64,000 bases of DNA from Cetorhinus maximus (taxonomy: Eukaryota): positions 212,660,001-212,724,000 of the forward strand of contig NC_135879.1 of NCBI RefSeq assembly GCF_964194155.1. The letters are read 5' to 3'. A program made the position numbers and the translations under genes. A model generated the notes under the pieces. The model was not told where the DNA came from and ran no database searches. It saw only the letters and a list, made by a program, of their open reading frames with translations. Below are positions 1 through 10,592 of the stretch, one piece after another; the stretch's first letter is position 1; each line of letters opens with the position of its first letter.

Positions 1-161
1 TTTCCAATAAGAACACACCTAGAGGAAGAGAGGGTAACAGGGCCAGGCAGGCAGCCACACTGGCTGATGATTGTGAGCTGATCCACAAACCCTTATTCCA
101 GAAGACACCTTCCCCTAGTCACCCCCAACCAACTAGGAAGGATAGAGGTGGGGGGTGGGGG

Positions 162-960
162 GTGGGGGAGAGTGATAGGAAACTGAGCACCTGTGAGAGA
201 GAGGGAAATGCTGGGGACCCTCCTCAGGACAGAAAGGGTGGTGCTGAGAGGAAAAGTGAGGCCAAGAAGCCCGTGTGTTTTAACTGCCGAAAGGCCAACT
301 ACTGGAGGCTTTGGGAAAAACCAGTGGGATTTATCGGGGCACATACACCCCATGCAGAGAATGGGAGTCAGTCAGAGAGCATAGCAGACCAGACTACGGC
401 TCTGACTGCAGCTGCGAATCCCTGTAGATGCACTCCTGAGTGTGCGGATGAGGTTAAGCAAATCCTTGAGAGTTATAAAAGTTTTGTATCTGAAGGAAGG
501 GTGGCAACATATCCCCAGGGTGAGGTGAGTAAGCCTATAGTCGTACCAAGGGATACAGGGGCCAGCCAAAATCTACTGCTGGGAAAAGACTTGACCTTTC
601 CACCAGAGAGTGCAGTAAGTGCCAATGTGTTGGTAAAGGGGATTGAAGGAGGGTACATGCCCAACCCCTTATTCCAGGTGCATCTGGAGTGTGACCTTGT
701 GTCAGGGCCAGTGACCATGGGAGTCATCCCCAGTTTGCCTGTGGACAGGGTCGACTTGCTCCTCAGCAATGACCAGGCAGGATCAAAGGTAATAGCATCC
801 CCACTGGTCTCAGAGAAGCCAACTGAGGTCAGGGAGACAGAACAGCCGCAGGAGAAAGTGCCTGGCATTTTCTCTAACTGTGTGGAAATGCAGTCTATGG
901 CCAGACAAGCTCCTTCAGTGGAGGCTGAAATGGCACTGCAGATAAAAGACCCTCCTATTC
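162..960 (+). mobile_element. Gypsy (Gmr1-like) LTR retrotransposon gag C-terminus/aspartic protease relic
   Basis: ORF 162..1025 has a degenerate zinc knuckle (KKPVCFNCRKANY), a retropepsin motif (RDTGASQNLL) and VHLECDLVSGPVTMGVIPSLP..VDLLLSND, typical of fish Gypsy proteases. No RT or integrase follows. Confidence 0.8.
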
Positions 961-1021
961 CTCGTTTGTATGTTCATATATGCTTTATGAACTGCTCTCT
1001 CAACATGTCCTGTCACCTTCA

Positions 1022-1360
1022 ATGAGTTATGCACATATACACCCAGGTCTCTCTGCTCCTGCATCTCCTTTAGAATTATATACTTTATTTTATATTGCCT
1101 CTTTGTTCTTTCTACAAAAATGAATAATTCTGCTCTTCATTAAATTTCATCTGCCACCTATCCGCCCATTCCACTAACCTGTCTATGTCCTTTTGAAGTT
1201 GTACACTATTCTTCTCACAGTTCACAATGTTTTCAAGTTTTGTATCATCGACAGTCTTTGAAAATATGCCCTGTAAAAGTCTAGGTCATTAATATTTAAC
1301 AGGAAGAGCAAGTTGCCAACACCGACCCCTGGAGAACTCCATTACAAACCTTCCTCCAAT
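1022..1360 (-). mobile_element. CR1 LINE RT-region fragment
   Basis: Reverse strand resembles CR1 RT (GVLQGSVL-like motif near 1320-1345, decayed ADDTK near 1240-1255); related to the copies at 39.4-41.2 kb and 49.3-50.6 kb. Confidence 0.7.
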
Positions 1361-1431
1361 CTTTTGGGGCTTTATTCCTCTTAGTTATCTCATCTAAGTG
1401 ACCAACATTCATGTGTGAGCCAGAACAACTG

Positions 1432-1745
1432 GGGGCCAAAATTCTGACAGCCTCACTGCACCAGTGGGTTTAGACTTAATGGTCAAAGCCCCATTCCAAA
1501 TCTCATGCTCAGAAAAGACAAGTGCACACCTGTAAGATACACCAACAGTATCTGTCCCATAGAAGCCTGTAGAATTAGAGTTGCAGTTCACTGGCCATTG
1601 ATAGAGCAATGGATTGGGACAGGCTGGAGCTAAGAAGGTCAAGATTTTTAAGATTGACCCTAATGGAGGCATTGGGCCACTAAAAGTAAGATATTCAAAT
1701 CTATCTTGCATCAATCAACAGAGGCTGTGAAAATTCACAGGCTGT
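1432..1745. mobile_element. Degenerate MITE, Harbinger-type ends
   Basis: Imperfect inverted termini ggccaaaattctgacagcctc ... gaggctgtgaaaattcacaggc. Confidence 0.4.
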
Positions 1746-1879
1746 TCCTGGAGCCTCAGCAAAACTCAAACCAGATGCATTAATCTCCAGAGGCTCAATT
1801 GATTGAGTTGGGTTGTTTCAAGGCATAGGAGAAGAATGATGAAATTGTGGGGTTGTTTCCTGAATTGCCATCATTCTCA

Positions 1880-2070
1880 TGATTGCCAACTCAGTGTTGT
1901 GGGCTTACAACAAGTAGAAACTGGATTCAGTCTGCACTGAATTAATTTACATGAGACTCATAGGCAACAAAGAGAGCTGGGAATTTAATGCTATCATTCT
2001 AGACTGGAATTGAACCCTATCCCCAGAAGTGGACAACAAGTTTCTATCCAACTGCACCACCCAGTCTCCC
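1880..2070 (-). mobile_element. Ancient tRNA-derived SINE, LF-SINE-like
   Basis: Reverse strand starts ggggagactgggtggtgcag, has a B-box-like ggttcaattcc and an LF-SINE-like body; a related head lies at 17429. Confidence 0.45.
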
Positions 2071-2599
2071 AATTTTAGGTTTATGTTTAATATTCAACAA
2101 ACTGGCATAATTGGTGGAAAATTGGAGCGGTGTCATGAGCTGCGTCTTATTATCCTGTAATTTTATTTGCAGATAGCATCTCTATTTGCAGCTAGACATA
2201 AACATTGTTTTGTTCATGCGGGCCAGCCTGAAAATCCTGCTTTTGTGTTTGAAGGTCAGAGCGCACTACCCTGCTGGAAATGATGAGACTGAATAAATCG
2301 ATCAGAATACGTCAATAGCTTTTATTTTCAATTATTTCTTCAGTGATCCAGTTATGTGACAAGTTGTCAACACTTTTAACCATTTTCTTTGCGTCTTCAC
2401 TAACAGCTGTCACCGTTGGTGATAACCACACTTGCCTTACTATACAATCCAGCTGGGTAGTAGCTGCAAAAACATCAGGGTCATTCAGAAACAATTACTG
2501 TAGGTGTCCACGATCAAGAGATGAGGTTCAATGAACTAAATGGCTTGTTCTCATCCCTGACTTTTCTGATGCTCTTATGTGCTATAGAACGAGTAGGAC

Positions 2600-3083
2600 A
2601 AGGAGTTCCTCTTGGCTCAGTCCTCAGGGAATGCTGCCCTGCTGGAGGTACCACTTTTGGATGAGTCATTAAACTGCTCTCTCAGTTGCATGTAAAGAAT
2701 CTCATGACACTCTTCAAAGAAAGGCAGGGGAGTTTTCCCTGGTGCCCTGGCCAATTTTTATTTCTCAACCAACATTAGTAAAATGAAAGGATAGAAGTAA
2801 AATACTGCAGTAAAAACAGAAAAAGCTCGAAAAACTCAACAGTTCTGGCAGCATCTGTGGAGAGAGAAAAAGAGTTAACATTTCAAGTCAGTATGACTCT
2901 TCTTCAGTAAAATGGAGATTATCTCGCAGTTGTCTCATTGCTGTTTGTGGGAGCTTGCTGTGCGCAACTTGGCTGCCATGTTTTTCTGTATTATAACAGT
3001 GACGATGCTTCGAAAGTACTTCACTGACTATAAAACACTTTGAGGTGATGAAAAGCACCTTATAAATGGAAAGTATTTCTTTC
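2600..3083 (+). mobile_element. Deu-domain SINE (SacSINE1/AmnSINE1-like)
   Basis: ggatgagtcattaaac...tgtaaagaatctcatgacactcttcaaagaa...ccctggtgccctggccaa matches the recalled Deu core; tail ends tataaatggaaagtatttctttc; interrupted at 2798-2907. Confidence 0.65.
2798..2907 (-). mobile_element. Penelope-like terminal fragment with minimal hammerhead core
   Basis: Reverse strand CTGAAGA-A-GAGTC-atact-GACTT-GAAA-TGTT-aactct; homologous copies at about 6815, 14820 and 57840. Confidence 0.6.
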
Positions 3084-3291
3084 AGTAATTTTATTCAGTG
3101 CGTAGCTGAAACATAAGAATAAGGAAGGATCAAGATTCAATCCTCACTACAGACTGAGTTAGATGAATCAGTAAAACAATAAACATGTTACAACTGTTGA
3201 ACTGCTTGTATCTTAGGTAATTCCTGTTCCTGCCACTATCCGATGACCCTGCTGGAAATGGATGTTTTGACAGGATTGGGAATTCTTTATG

Positions 3292-5292
3292 AGGGGAGGC
3301 AGAGGCAGAGGCGGTGGCATAGTGGTATTGTCACTGGACTAGTAATCCAGAGACCCAGGTTAATGCTCTGGGGACCTGGGTTTGAATCCCTCCACAGCAG
3401 ATGGTGGAATTTGAATTCAATAAAAATCTGGAACTAAAAGTCCAATGATTACGTAATAAAACCATCTGGTTCACTAATGCCCTTTCGGGAAGGAAATCTG
3501 TTGTCCTTACCTGGTCTGGCCTACATGTGACTCCAATGTGGTTGACTCTGAAATGGCCTAGCAAACCACTCAGTTGCAACAAACTGCTACAAAGACACAA
3601 AAAAGGAATGAAACCAGATGGACCACCCAGTAGGCACCGGAAACGACAATGGCAATTGCAGCCCTGTCAACCCTGTAAAGTCATCCTTGCTAACATCTGG
3701 GGGCTAGTGCCAAAATTGGGAGAGCTGTCTCACAGACTAGTCAAACAATAGCCTGACATAGTCATTCTCACAGAATCATACCTTACAAATAATGTCCCAG
3801 GCTCACCATCAGCATCCCTGGGTATGTCCTGTCTCACCAGCAGGACTGACCCAACAGAGGTGGCGGTACAGTGGTATACAGTCGGGAGGGAGTTGTGCTG
3901 GGAGTCTCCAGACCCCATGGCATCAGGTCAAACATGGGCAAGGAAACCTCCTGCTGATTACCAGCTGATGAATAATTGCTCCTCCATGTTGAACATCACT
4001 TGGAGGAAGCACTGAGGGTAGCAAAGGCACAGAATGTGTTCTGGGTGGGGGACTTCAATGTCTATCATCAAGAGTGGCTTGGTAACACCACTGCTGGCTG
4101 AGTCCTAAATGACAGAGCTGCTAGACTGGGTCTGTGGTAGGTGGTGAGGGAAAAACATACTTGACCTCATCCTCACCAACCTGCCTGTCCATTACTAATA
4201 AGTAGGACCACCACACAATCATTGTGGAGATGAAGTCCAGCCTTAACATTGAGGATACCCTCCATCGTGTTGTGTGGCAATATCACTGTGCCAAATGGGA
4301 TAGATTTCAAACAGATCTAACAACTCAAGACTGGACCTCTGTGGGGCAGCAGCAGAATTGTACTCAAACACAATCTGTAACCTCATGGCCTGGCATATCC
4401 CCCAATCTACCATTACCATCAAGCCAGAGGATCAACTCTGGTTCAATGAAGAGTGCAGGAGGGCATGCCAGGAGCAGCACCAGGCATACCTAAAAATGAC
4501 CTGGTGAAGCTATAAAAACAGGACTACTTGCATGTCAAGCAGCAAGTGATAGGCAGAACTAAGCGATTCTGCAACCAACAGATCAGATCTAAGCTCTACA
4601 GTCCTGCCACATCTGGTCGTGAATGGTGGTGGCCAATTAAACAATCCCCACTGGAGGAGGAGGTGGCTCCACAAATATCCCCATCCTCAATGATGGAGGA
4701 GCCCAGCATATCAGTGCAAAAGATAAGGCTGAAGCATTCACAACAATCTTCAGTTAGAAGTGCCGAGTGGATGATCCATCTCGATCCTCCGGAGGTCCCC
4801 ATCATCACAGATGCCAGTCTCCAGCCAATTCAATTCACTCTATGTGATATCAAGAAACGGCTGAAGGCACTGGATACTGCAAAGGCACGACATTCACTCC
4901 CTCCACCACCAACGCACTGTAACAGCAGCGTGCACCATCTACAATATGCACTGCAGAAATTCACCAAGGCTCCTTAGACAGCACCTTCCAAACCCATGAC
5001 CATTACCACCTAGAAGGATAAGGGCTGCAGACAGATGGGAACACCACCACCTGGAAGTTCCCCTCCAAGTCACTCAGCGTCCTGACTTGGAAATATATTG
5101 CTGTCCCTTCACTGCCGCTGGGTCAAAATCCTGGAACTCCCTTTCTAACAGTACTGAGGGTGTGCCTACACCACATGGACTGCAGTGGTTCAAGAAGGCA
5201 GCTCATCACCAGCTTCTCAGGGGCAACTAGGGATGGGCAATAAATGCTGGCCCAAATGCGAAGCCCACATCCCGTGAATAAATTTTTAAAAA
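3292..5292 (+). mobile_element. Internally deleted CR1-clade LINE with a tRNA-derived 5' head
   Basis: A box TGGCATAGTGG at 3315-3325 and B box GGTTTGAATCC at 3379-3389; decayed AP-endonuclease motifs (WVGDFN near 4040-4060, LDLILTN near 4160); RT core missing (junction near 4886); 3' tail gggatgggcaataaatgctggc...cccacatcccgtgaata. Confidence 0.8.
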
Positions 5293-6195
5293 TGATGTCC
5301 ACCAGGATTGAATTACTGTGGGGAGGGATGAGGGGTGTGTTGAAATTGTCATGGGGCCTGGTGGAACTATTGGACAGGAACCAGAAAATGCAGTGGAATC
5401 CAGTTCCACCAGGATTCTGACCTGTTTCCAGTTGGGGGAAGCATGCGCATCATAGGAACAGGAGGAGGCCATTCAGCCCCTCGAGTCAATCTCCCCAGTT
5501 AGATCATGGCCTTAACTTCATTGAGCTGTATTGGTCCTATAACTCTCACCGTACAAAAATATATCAATATCCACTTTGACCTTTTCTATTGATCTAGCCT
5601 CAATAGCTTTTTTGGGAGAGTGCCCCTGATTTCCACTCCTCTCTCGGTGAACAAGTCCTTCCTACCATTGCCCTGAACAGCCTTGCTCGAATTTTAAGAT
5701 TACTCCTCCTTGTTTTCGACTGGCCCACCAGAGGAAATAATTTTTCTCTATCTTCTGATCAACTCCTTTAATCATCTTAAACATCTCAATTAGATCAACC
5801 CGTAATCTTCTGTACTCAAGAGAATACAAGTCTAGTCTAAGTAATCTGTCCTCATAATTTAACCCTTTAAGCCCAAGTATCATCCTATAGAATTTGCTCT
5901 TCTTCCAAGGTCTCTATATCCTTCCTGAAGTGTGGTTCCCAGATCTGAACGCAGTATTCTAAATAGGATCTAACCAGAGCTTAATAATCACTGTAACATA
6001 ACTTTCATTCTACTGTATCCCAGCCCCTATCCTTTTAGTTATTATTTGTACCTGCCCACTAGCTTTTAGTGATTTCTGTACTTGGACTTCTAAATCTTTC
6101 TGCTTATCTATAGTTATTAGCTTCTTGCCATTTAGAAATTATTCTGATTTATTTTTCTTAGCTCCAAAGTAAATGACCTCACACTTACCCACATT

Positions 6196-6700
6196 TATTT
6201 ATTTAACGAATGCAAATCCCCGAAGCCAAACGATAGCTTCCTCACTTGCTGAGTTTAAGCTGATTATTTCGCCTCTTAGTCTATAGAGGGGACACTCCTC
6301 GGTAACGTGAAGTATGCTTCTTATGGTAGCTCAAAGCCTGCCATTCGACAGATGGAGTTTGTTGGTGACTTCCTGTGTTCCCCATTCCTTGGTTCAGGGG
6401 ATGCCTGCTGGTAGATCTTGTTCAAGAAGGGGGCTCCAGATGGAAGGTAGGCAGTAGGTCATGATGGAGTGGCAAATGAGGTGCAGCACGGAGGGTTTCG
6501 ACCAGCCTGTGGGTTTTCGTCAGTCGGTGGACGTGTGGCAGAGTGATGTTTGCAAAGACAGGAAGCAAGGAGAGGGATGTTGAGTGGAGAGTTCCAGTTA
6601 TGATGTGAATTGCTGTATTCAATTGAGTGTCAACAAGTTGTGTGTCCGATGACCTTTACCAGGCAGATACAAAGTACTCTGCTGCGGAGTATGATAGGGT
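6196..6700 (-). mobile_element. Ingi/Vingi-like non-LTR retrotransposon 3' fragment
   Basis: Decayed SYSAAEY..W..LVDTQLNTAIHIITGTLHSTSLSLLPVFANI and HVTEECP..EEAIVWL; (TAAA)n tail at 6196-6206; cacatt on both flanks is a candidate TSD. Confidence 0.6.
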
Positions 6701-6814
6701 CACATTGAAAGACCACTATTCCCCACACTGACCTCCATCTACCACACTTTTAACCACTAATTTAAGCTATCAATGTCCCATTGCAATTTCTCCCAACACT
6801 AACTTCTGTCATAA

Positions 6815-6905
6815 AAATAGGAAATACTGGAAATACTCAGTACTATTGATGGAGAGAGAAACAGAGTTAACATTTCAGGTCAATGACCTTTCATCAGAAT
6901 TATTT
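6815..6905 (-). mobile_element. Penelope-like terminal fragment with minimal hammerhead core
   Basis: Reverse strand att-CTGATGA-A-AGGTC-att-GACCT-GAAA-TGTT-aactctg, with a perfect 5-bp stem II. Confidence 0.6.
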
Positions 6906-7311
6906 TCTGTGTTACCTAACTTGATGTTGTCAGCATAATTGAAATTTGACTTCATGTGAAAGAGGGTGTATCTGGGAGGTTCTGGAATCTAGTCTCAAAG
7001 GGCCTCAAAGGGACCAGTTGAGAGCTGGTATGAATCCTGTAGAGATCCCAGGAAATGCCCCTGACGTTTTTCAATCAGAGGTAGTTGATGCCGGACAGCA
7101 TTGATTATCTGACCTTTCATGGCCCAGTGCTCCTTTAGGAACAATAGTAAACATTTGTCCTCTTTCTGGTCCAGCCTGTTCCAGGTCCCCGCGGCAACAT
7201 TGGAGGGCATATTCCCACTCCAAGACCTTTTCCAGCTGTTCGCGGGACAGACATACTTGTGTATCCTTACAGGTGTGGCCTGCCTGCCATGAGTACATCC
7301 CGTGCAACATC

Positions 7312-7590
7312 ATACATAGAACGTACAGCACCGAAACAGGTCATTCAGCCCAACTGGTCAATGCAGTGTTTATGCTGCAAAATAGCTGCCTCCCATCCTA
7401 CTCATCTGACTATAACTGGATAGCTTTCTATTCCTTTCCCCTTCATGTACTTGACCCACTTCCCTTTAAAGGGCTCTATGATATTCGTCTCAACGACTCC
7501 AAATGGCTTGCAAGTTCCACATTCTCACCAGCCTCTGAGGAAAGAGATTTCCCCTGAATTAATTATTGGATTCATTAGTGACATTTTAAA
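7312..7590 (-). mobile_element. Decayed CR1 3' end
   Basis: catagaacgtacagcaccgaaacaggtcattcagccc is the reverse complement of a CR1 3' tail. Confidence 0.6.
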
Positions 7591-8156
7591 ATGATTAATA
7601 GTTGTCAGACGCTGAGAGACATGGGGGTAGGAATTGGACTTTGTTGTCTGATTTCTAGGCAGAAAATGAAGCAGAAAAATTGAACAGATTCACAGGCCTA
7701 TGTCCCAGTGCTTGAAAATGTCTGACGACATCAGGTTGAATGAAACAGTCTGAGGTGGTTGTCTGACTTATGGTCCCTTCCTGAAATTCAGCTGCCCAGA
7801 GATAGGCCTGCTCCACTCAGTCTTTCTTTAAGTGGCCTAACAAAACAGCCTCTAACAAAAAGCATGTTTTCCCTTGCTCCACAGCAATCTTATAATGTTC
7901 TGGTTTTGAGTTACAGTGATTGGCACCGCATAGGCCTGTCCCCAATCAATGGGAACAGCCCAGAACACAGAGAGCTGTTAAATATATAAGCATAGCATAG
8001 CTTTAATTCCTTTATGCATCCTTGGAGTGATTGCCACTCTGGCCAGCACCTCGATCTGTTGTAAATTCCTTATTTTAGCCTGGATTATCTGCACCAACCC
8101 TATAATTTATTACTGGTAATTCAGCATCAACTTCTGTAATAAAGACCGATAGAAAA

Positions 8157-8328
8157 GGGGTAATTTTAACCTAACCCGCCAGTCAGGAAACTGACGGGAT
8201 CCCGTGCAATTTTATACCTGATCCGACTTTACTCTCTATTGAATTCTATAGAAACTGGGTGTGGTGTAAAACCAATCCCACACTATCCTGGAGGTTCCCC
8301 ACCTGGATAATTAGGTGAAAGTTCCCCG
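8157..8328. mobile_element. Short palindromic MITE
   Basis: Inverted termini ggggtaattttaacctaa ... ttaggtgaaagttcccc and a central near-palindrome tctattgaattctataga. Confidence 0.55.
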
Positions 8329-9769
8329 CATTGTAAACAGTTTAAACCTCTGTCATATTCTGGGATCCACCTGAGGAATCCTTCAATTGTGCAGTACAGG
8401 CTTCAGCCCAGGCCCCTAACATAACTGAAAAATACATTAAAACTATTACACCTGTCCACGATCAGCTTCTTGCTCTCCTTTTGGCTGGCCTGACAGCAGC
8501 ATTCATTTTACTTTTAGCAGACTAATACCTGTCCTTGTCCTCCTCAAAACTATTTTCTTAAAGCTGTATAAATATTCCTGCTAAGGTCTGATTGGCTCTG
8601 GACATGGACCATTTGCCAGTTTGCTTAGCTTTAATTAGGGGTACGCCTTAAGATCGCTCTGAAGGCATTCTACTTCTGCGTGGATGATAGCCCTCCGAAA
8701 ATTGCCCAATCATTCTGGTTTAAGTCATCTGCTATCTTTGCATATTAGCCTTCTTGAAATCTGATACTCAATTAAATTTTCAGCAGCTTTGGTTTATCCA
8801 ATAAAGTTCAATCTAATAACATTGTACTCGCAAAAGCACTGGTTGGGTTGCAAATAAAATGATGGTTGCGCGCGTGTGTGTGTGCGTGCACTGTTCTTGG
8901 TGAGGAACCCAGGTGTGTTAAAGGACACAGAGACAGGTCAGTAGATAAGACCAAGGAGGTGAAATTCACCCTGACTGGAAAGCAAAATTGGGCCAAGTAT
9001 AAAACTGTCTGCCAATTCCCAATCACCCACTAATGTCCAAAATGAATTTCATCACCCATATTTGTGTCAGAAAGGAGTAAGAGGTGGACGGGGCATCATG
9101 CTGCATCAGATGTTGTTCATTAACATGAATCTATATTACCATCCGCATTGGGTGTTCTCTACATTCTCTGCAGCTCCTCTGACAGAGAGGGACTGGGAGA
9201 CAAAAAGAAACAGCGAACCTCGGATCCTAAGGTGGGAATTTTCTGGCCCTGTGGAAACATGAGGGGTGGTGGTGGGGGGGACAGGGGACAATATGGCGAG
9301 AAGGTCAAAAGTCAGTTTCACGCTGGTGTGAACGCACAGGAGGATCATCTGATGGTGTCCGCAATGGCGGAACACCAATCCCGCTGGCACTCGGCATGAA
9401 CCCGATTTGTATCCCGCTAACTGGATGCAAAGTAAGGCCCGACCGGAATCGTCCCCCCCATGCCAGGTTTACCGTTACTCAGGCGGGAAAACACACCGGC
9501 CCAGAACACATCTGGACAAGTGTGACGTGCAGAAGTCAGGACTTACCATTAGGTCCTTGCTCAGGTCACAGACATCCAAGGAGCAGAAGGTCCTGGAGCC
9601 TGACAGCTACCAGACCCTGGGTGAAGATGTGCATCGCATGCTGGGTGGATTCTCGTGGACATTGTTCCACCGTGAAGCAGCTCTCCGAAGGTGGGAGGTT
9701 TCCATTTTGTCTTGGGTCTGCTTCAGAACATCATGCTCTTTGCCGATGGACTGTTATGGATGGTTGGCA

Positions 9770-10400
9770 CAGGGCGGGGGGTTGGGGAGGAAGGTTTACC
9801 AGGTTGGCAGGGGGGCAGTGGGGGGAGACAAAGGTCTAGGTTTGACTGGGAGAGGAAGGAGATTGGGAGGGGGGGATTGCTGGTATCAGGGCGAGGTGAG
9901 GTTGGGGGGGGGGGACAAAGGTGTCGGGGGGGTGAGGTTGGGAGGGGGAGGAGGGACTAGAATATGGGGGAGCAGGGTGTAATGGGGGAAAATGCGGCAA
10001 CTGGGGAGGTTATGTTAGGAGTCTGGGCTGAGGCTTGTACAGCACAATTGAAGGATTCCTCAGGTGGATCCCAGAATATGACAGAGGTTTAAGATGTTTA
10101 CAATGGGGGAACTTTCACCTAATTATCCGGGTGGGAATGTAAAGGGGAAGAAGGTGTAGGGGAAGGAGTTCGGAGGGGGGAAGGAGTTCGGAGGTGGGGG
10201 GGAAGGACTTTGGAAGAGTCCAGGGGTGGAAGGAGCCTGGGGGCAGAGCTAGGAGACCAGGGGGAGGAGGGAGTTTGGGGCAGGGAGAAGGAGTAAAGGT
10301 GGAGGAGGGAGTAAGGGTGGAGGAGTTAGCAAGGATGGTGGAGGGAGTAAGATGTGGATGTCCAGGTGTACGTGCAAGGGTGGGGTCTGAGGGGTCAGTT
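9770..10400 (+). repeat. G-rich low-complexity tract with short tandem units
   Basis: Many G3-G11 runs, e.g. ggaaggagttcggagg twice near 10160-10200; source of spurious Gly/Pro-rich ORFs. Confidence 0.8.
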
Positions 10401-10429
10401 GCTGCCTCCTGAGGAGTGAACAAAGGGTG

Positions 10430-10592
10430 GGCATGGTAGGAATTAGCTCAGTTGGCTGGACGGCTGGTTTGTGATGCAGAGTAATGCCAACAGTGCAGGT
10501 TCAATTCCCTTACTGGCTGGGGTCATCCATGAAGGCCCTGCCTTCTCGAACTTGGCCCTTGCCTGTGGTGTGATGGCCCTCACATTAAATTC
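10430..10592 (+). mobile_element. tRNA-derived SINE, 3'-truncated
   Basis: A box tagctcagttgg (10444-10455), B box ggttcaattcc (10498-10508). Confidence 0.7.

Larger units (their letters stand above)
5448..6960 (-). mobile_element. CR1 LINE 3' fragment (HER1-type), interrupted by nested insertions
   Basis: ORF 5662..5883 MILGLKGLNYEDRL..LDLYSLEYRRLRVDLIEMFK is the canonical CR1 ORF2 C-terminus; 3' tail ggcctcctcctgttcctatg. Confidence 0.85.

Noticed and set aside
2274-2351. C/D snoRNA-like layout: ctgga..ATGATGA ... gtga-tccag terminal stem
   Set aside because: D box reads GUGA rather than CUGA, there is no convincing C'/D' pair, and only a short AT-rich candidate guide is present
2312-2534. 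Overlapping 60-63 aa ORFs in unique DNA
   Set aside because: No recognisable domain and no convincing splice-site pair
3310-3400. tRNA gene
   Set aside because: A and B boxes are present but there is no cloverleaf; it is a retroposon head (same for 10430-10510)
9396-10434. Several ORFs up to 191 aa
   Set aside because: Largely products of the G-rich low-complexity tract inside a transposon; no DDE or other motifs
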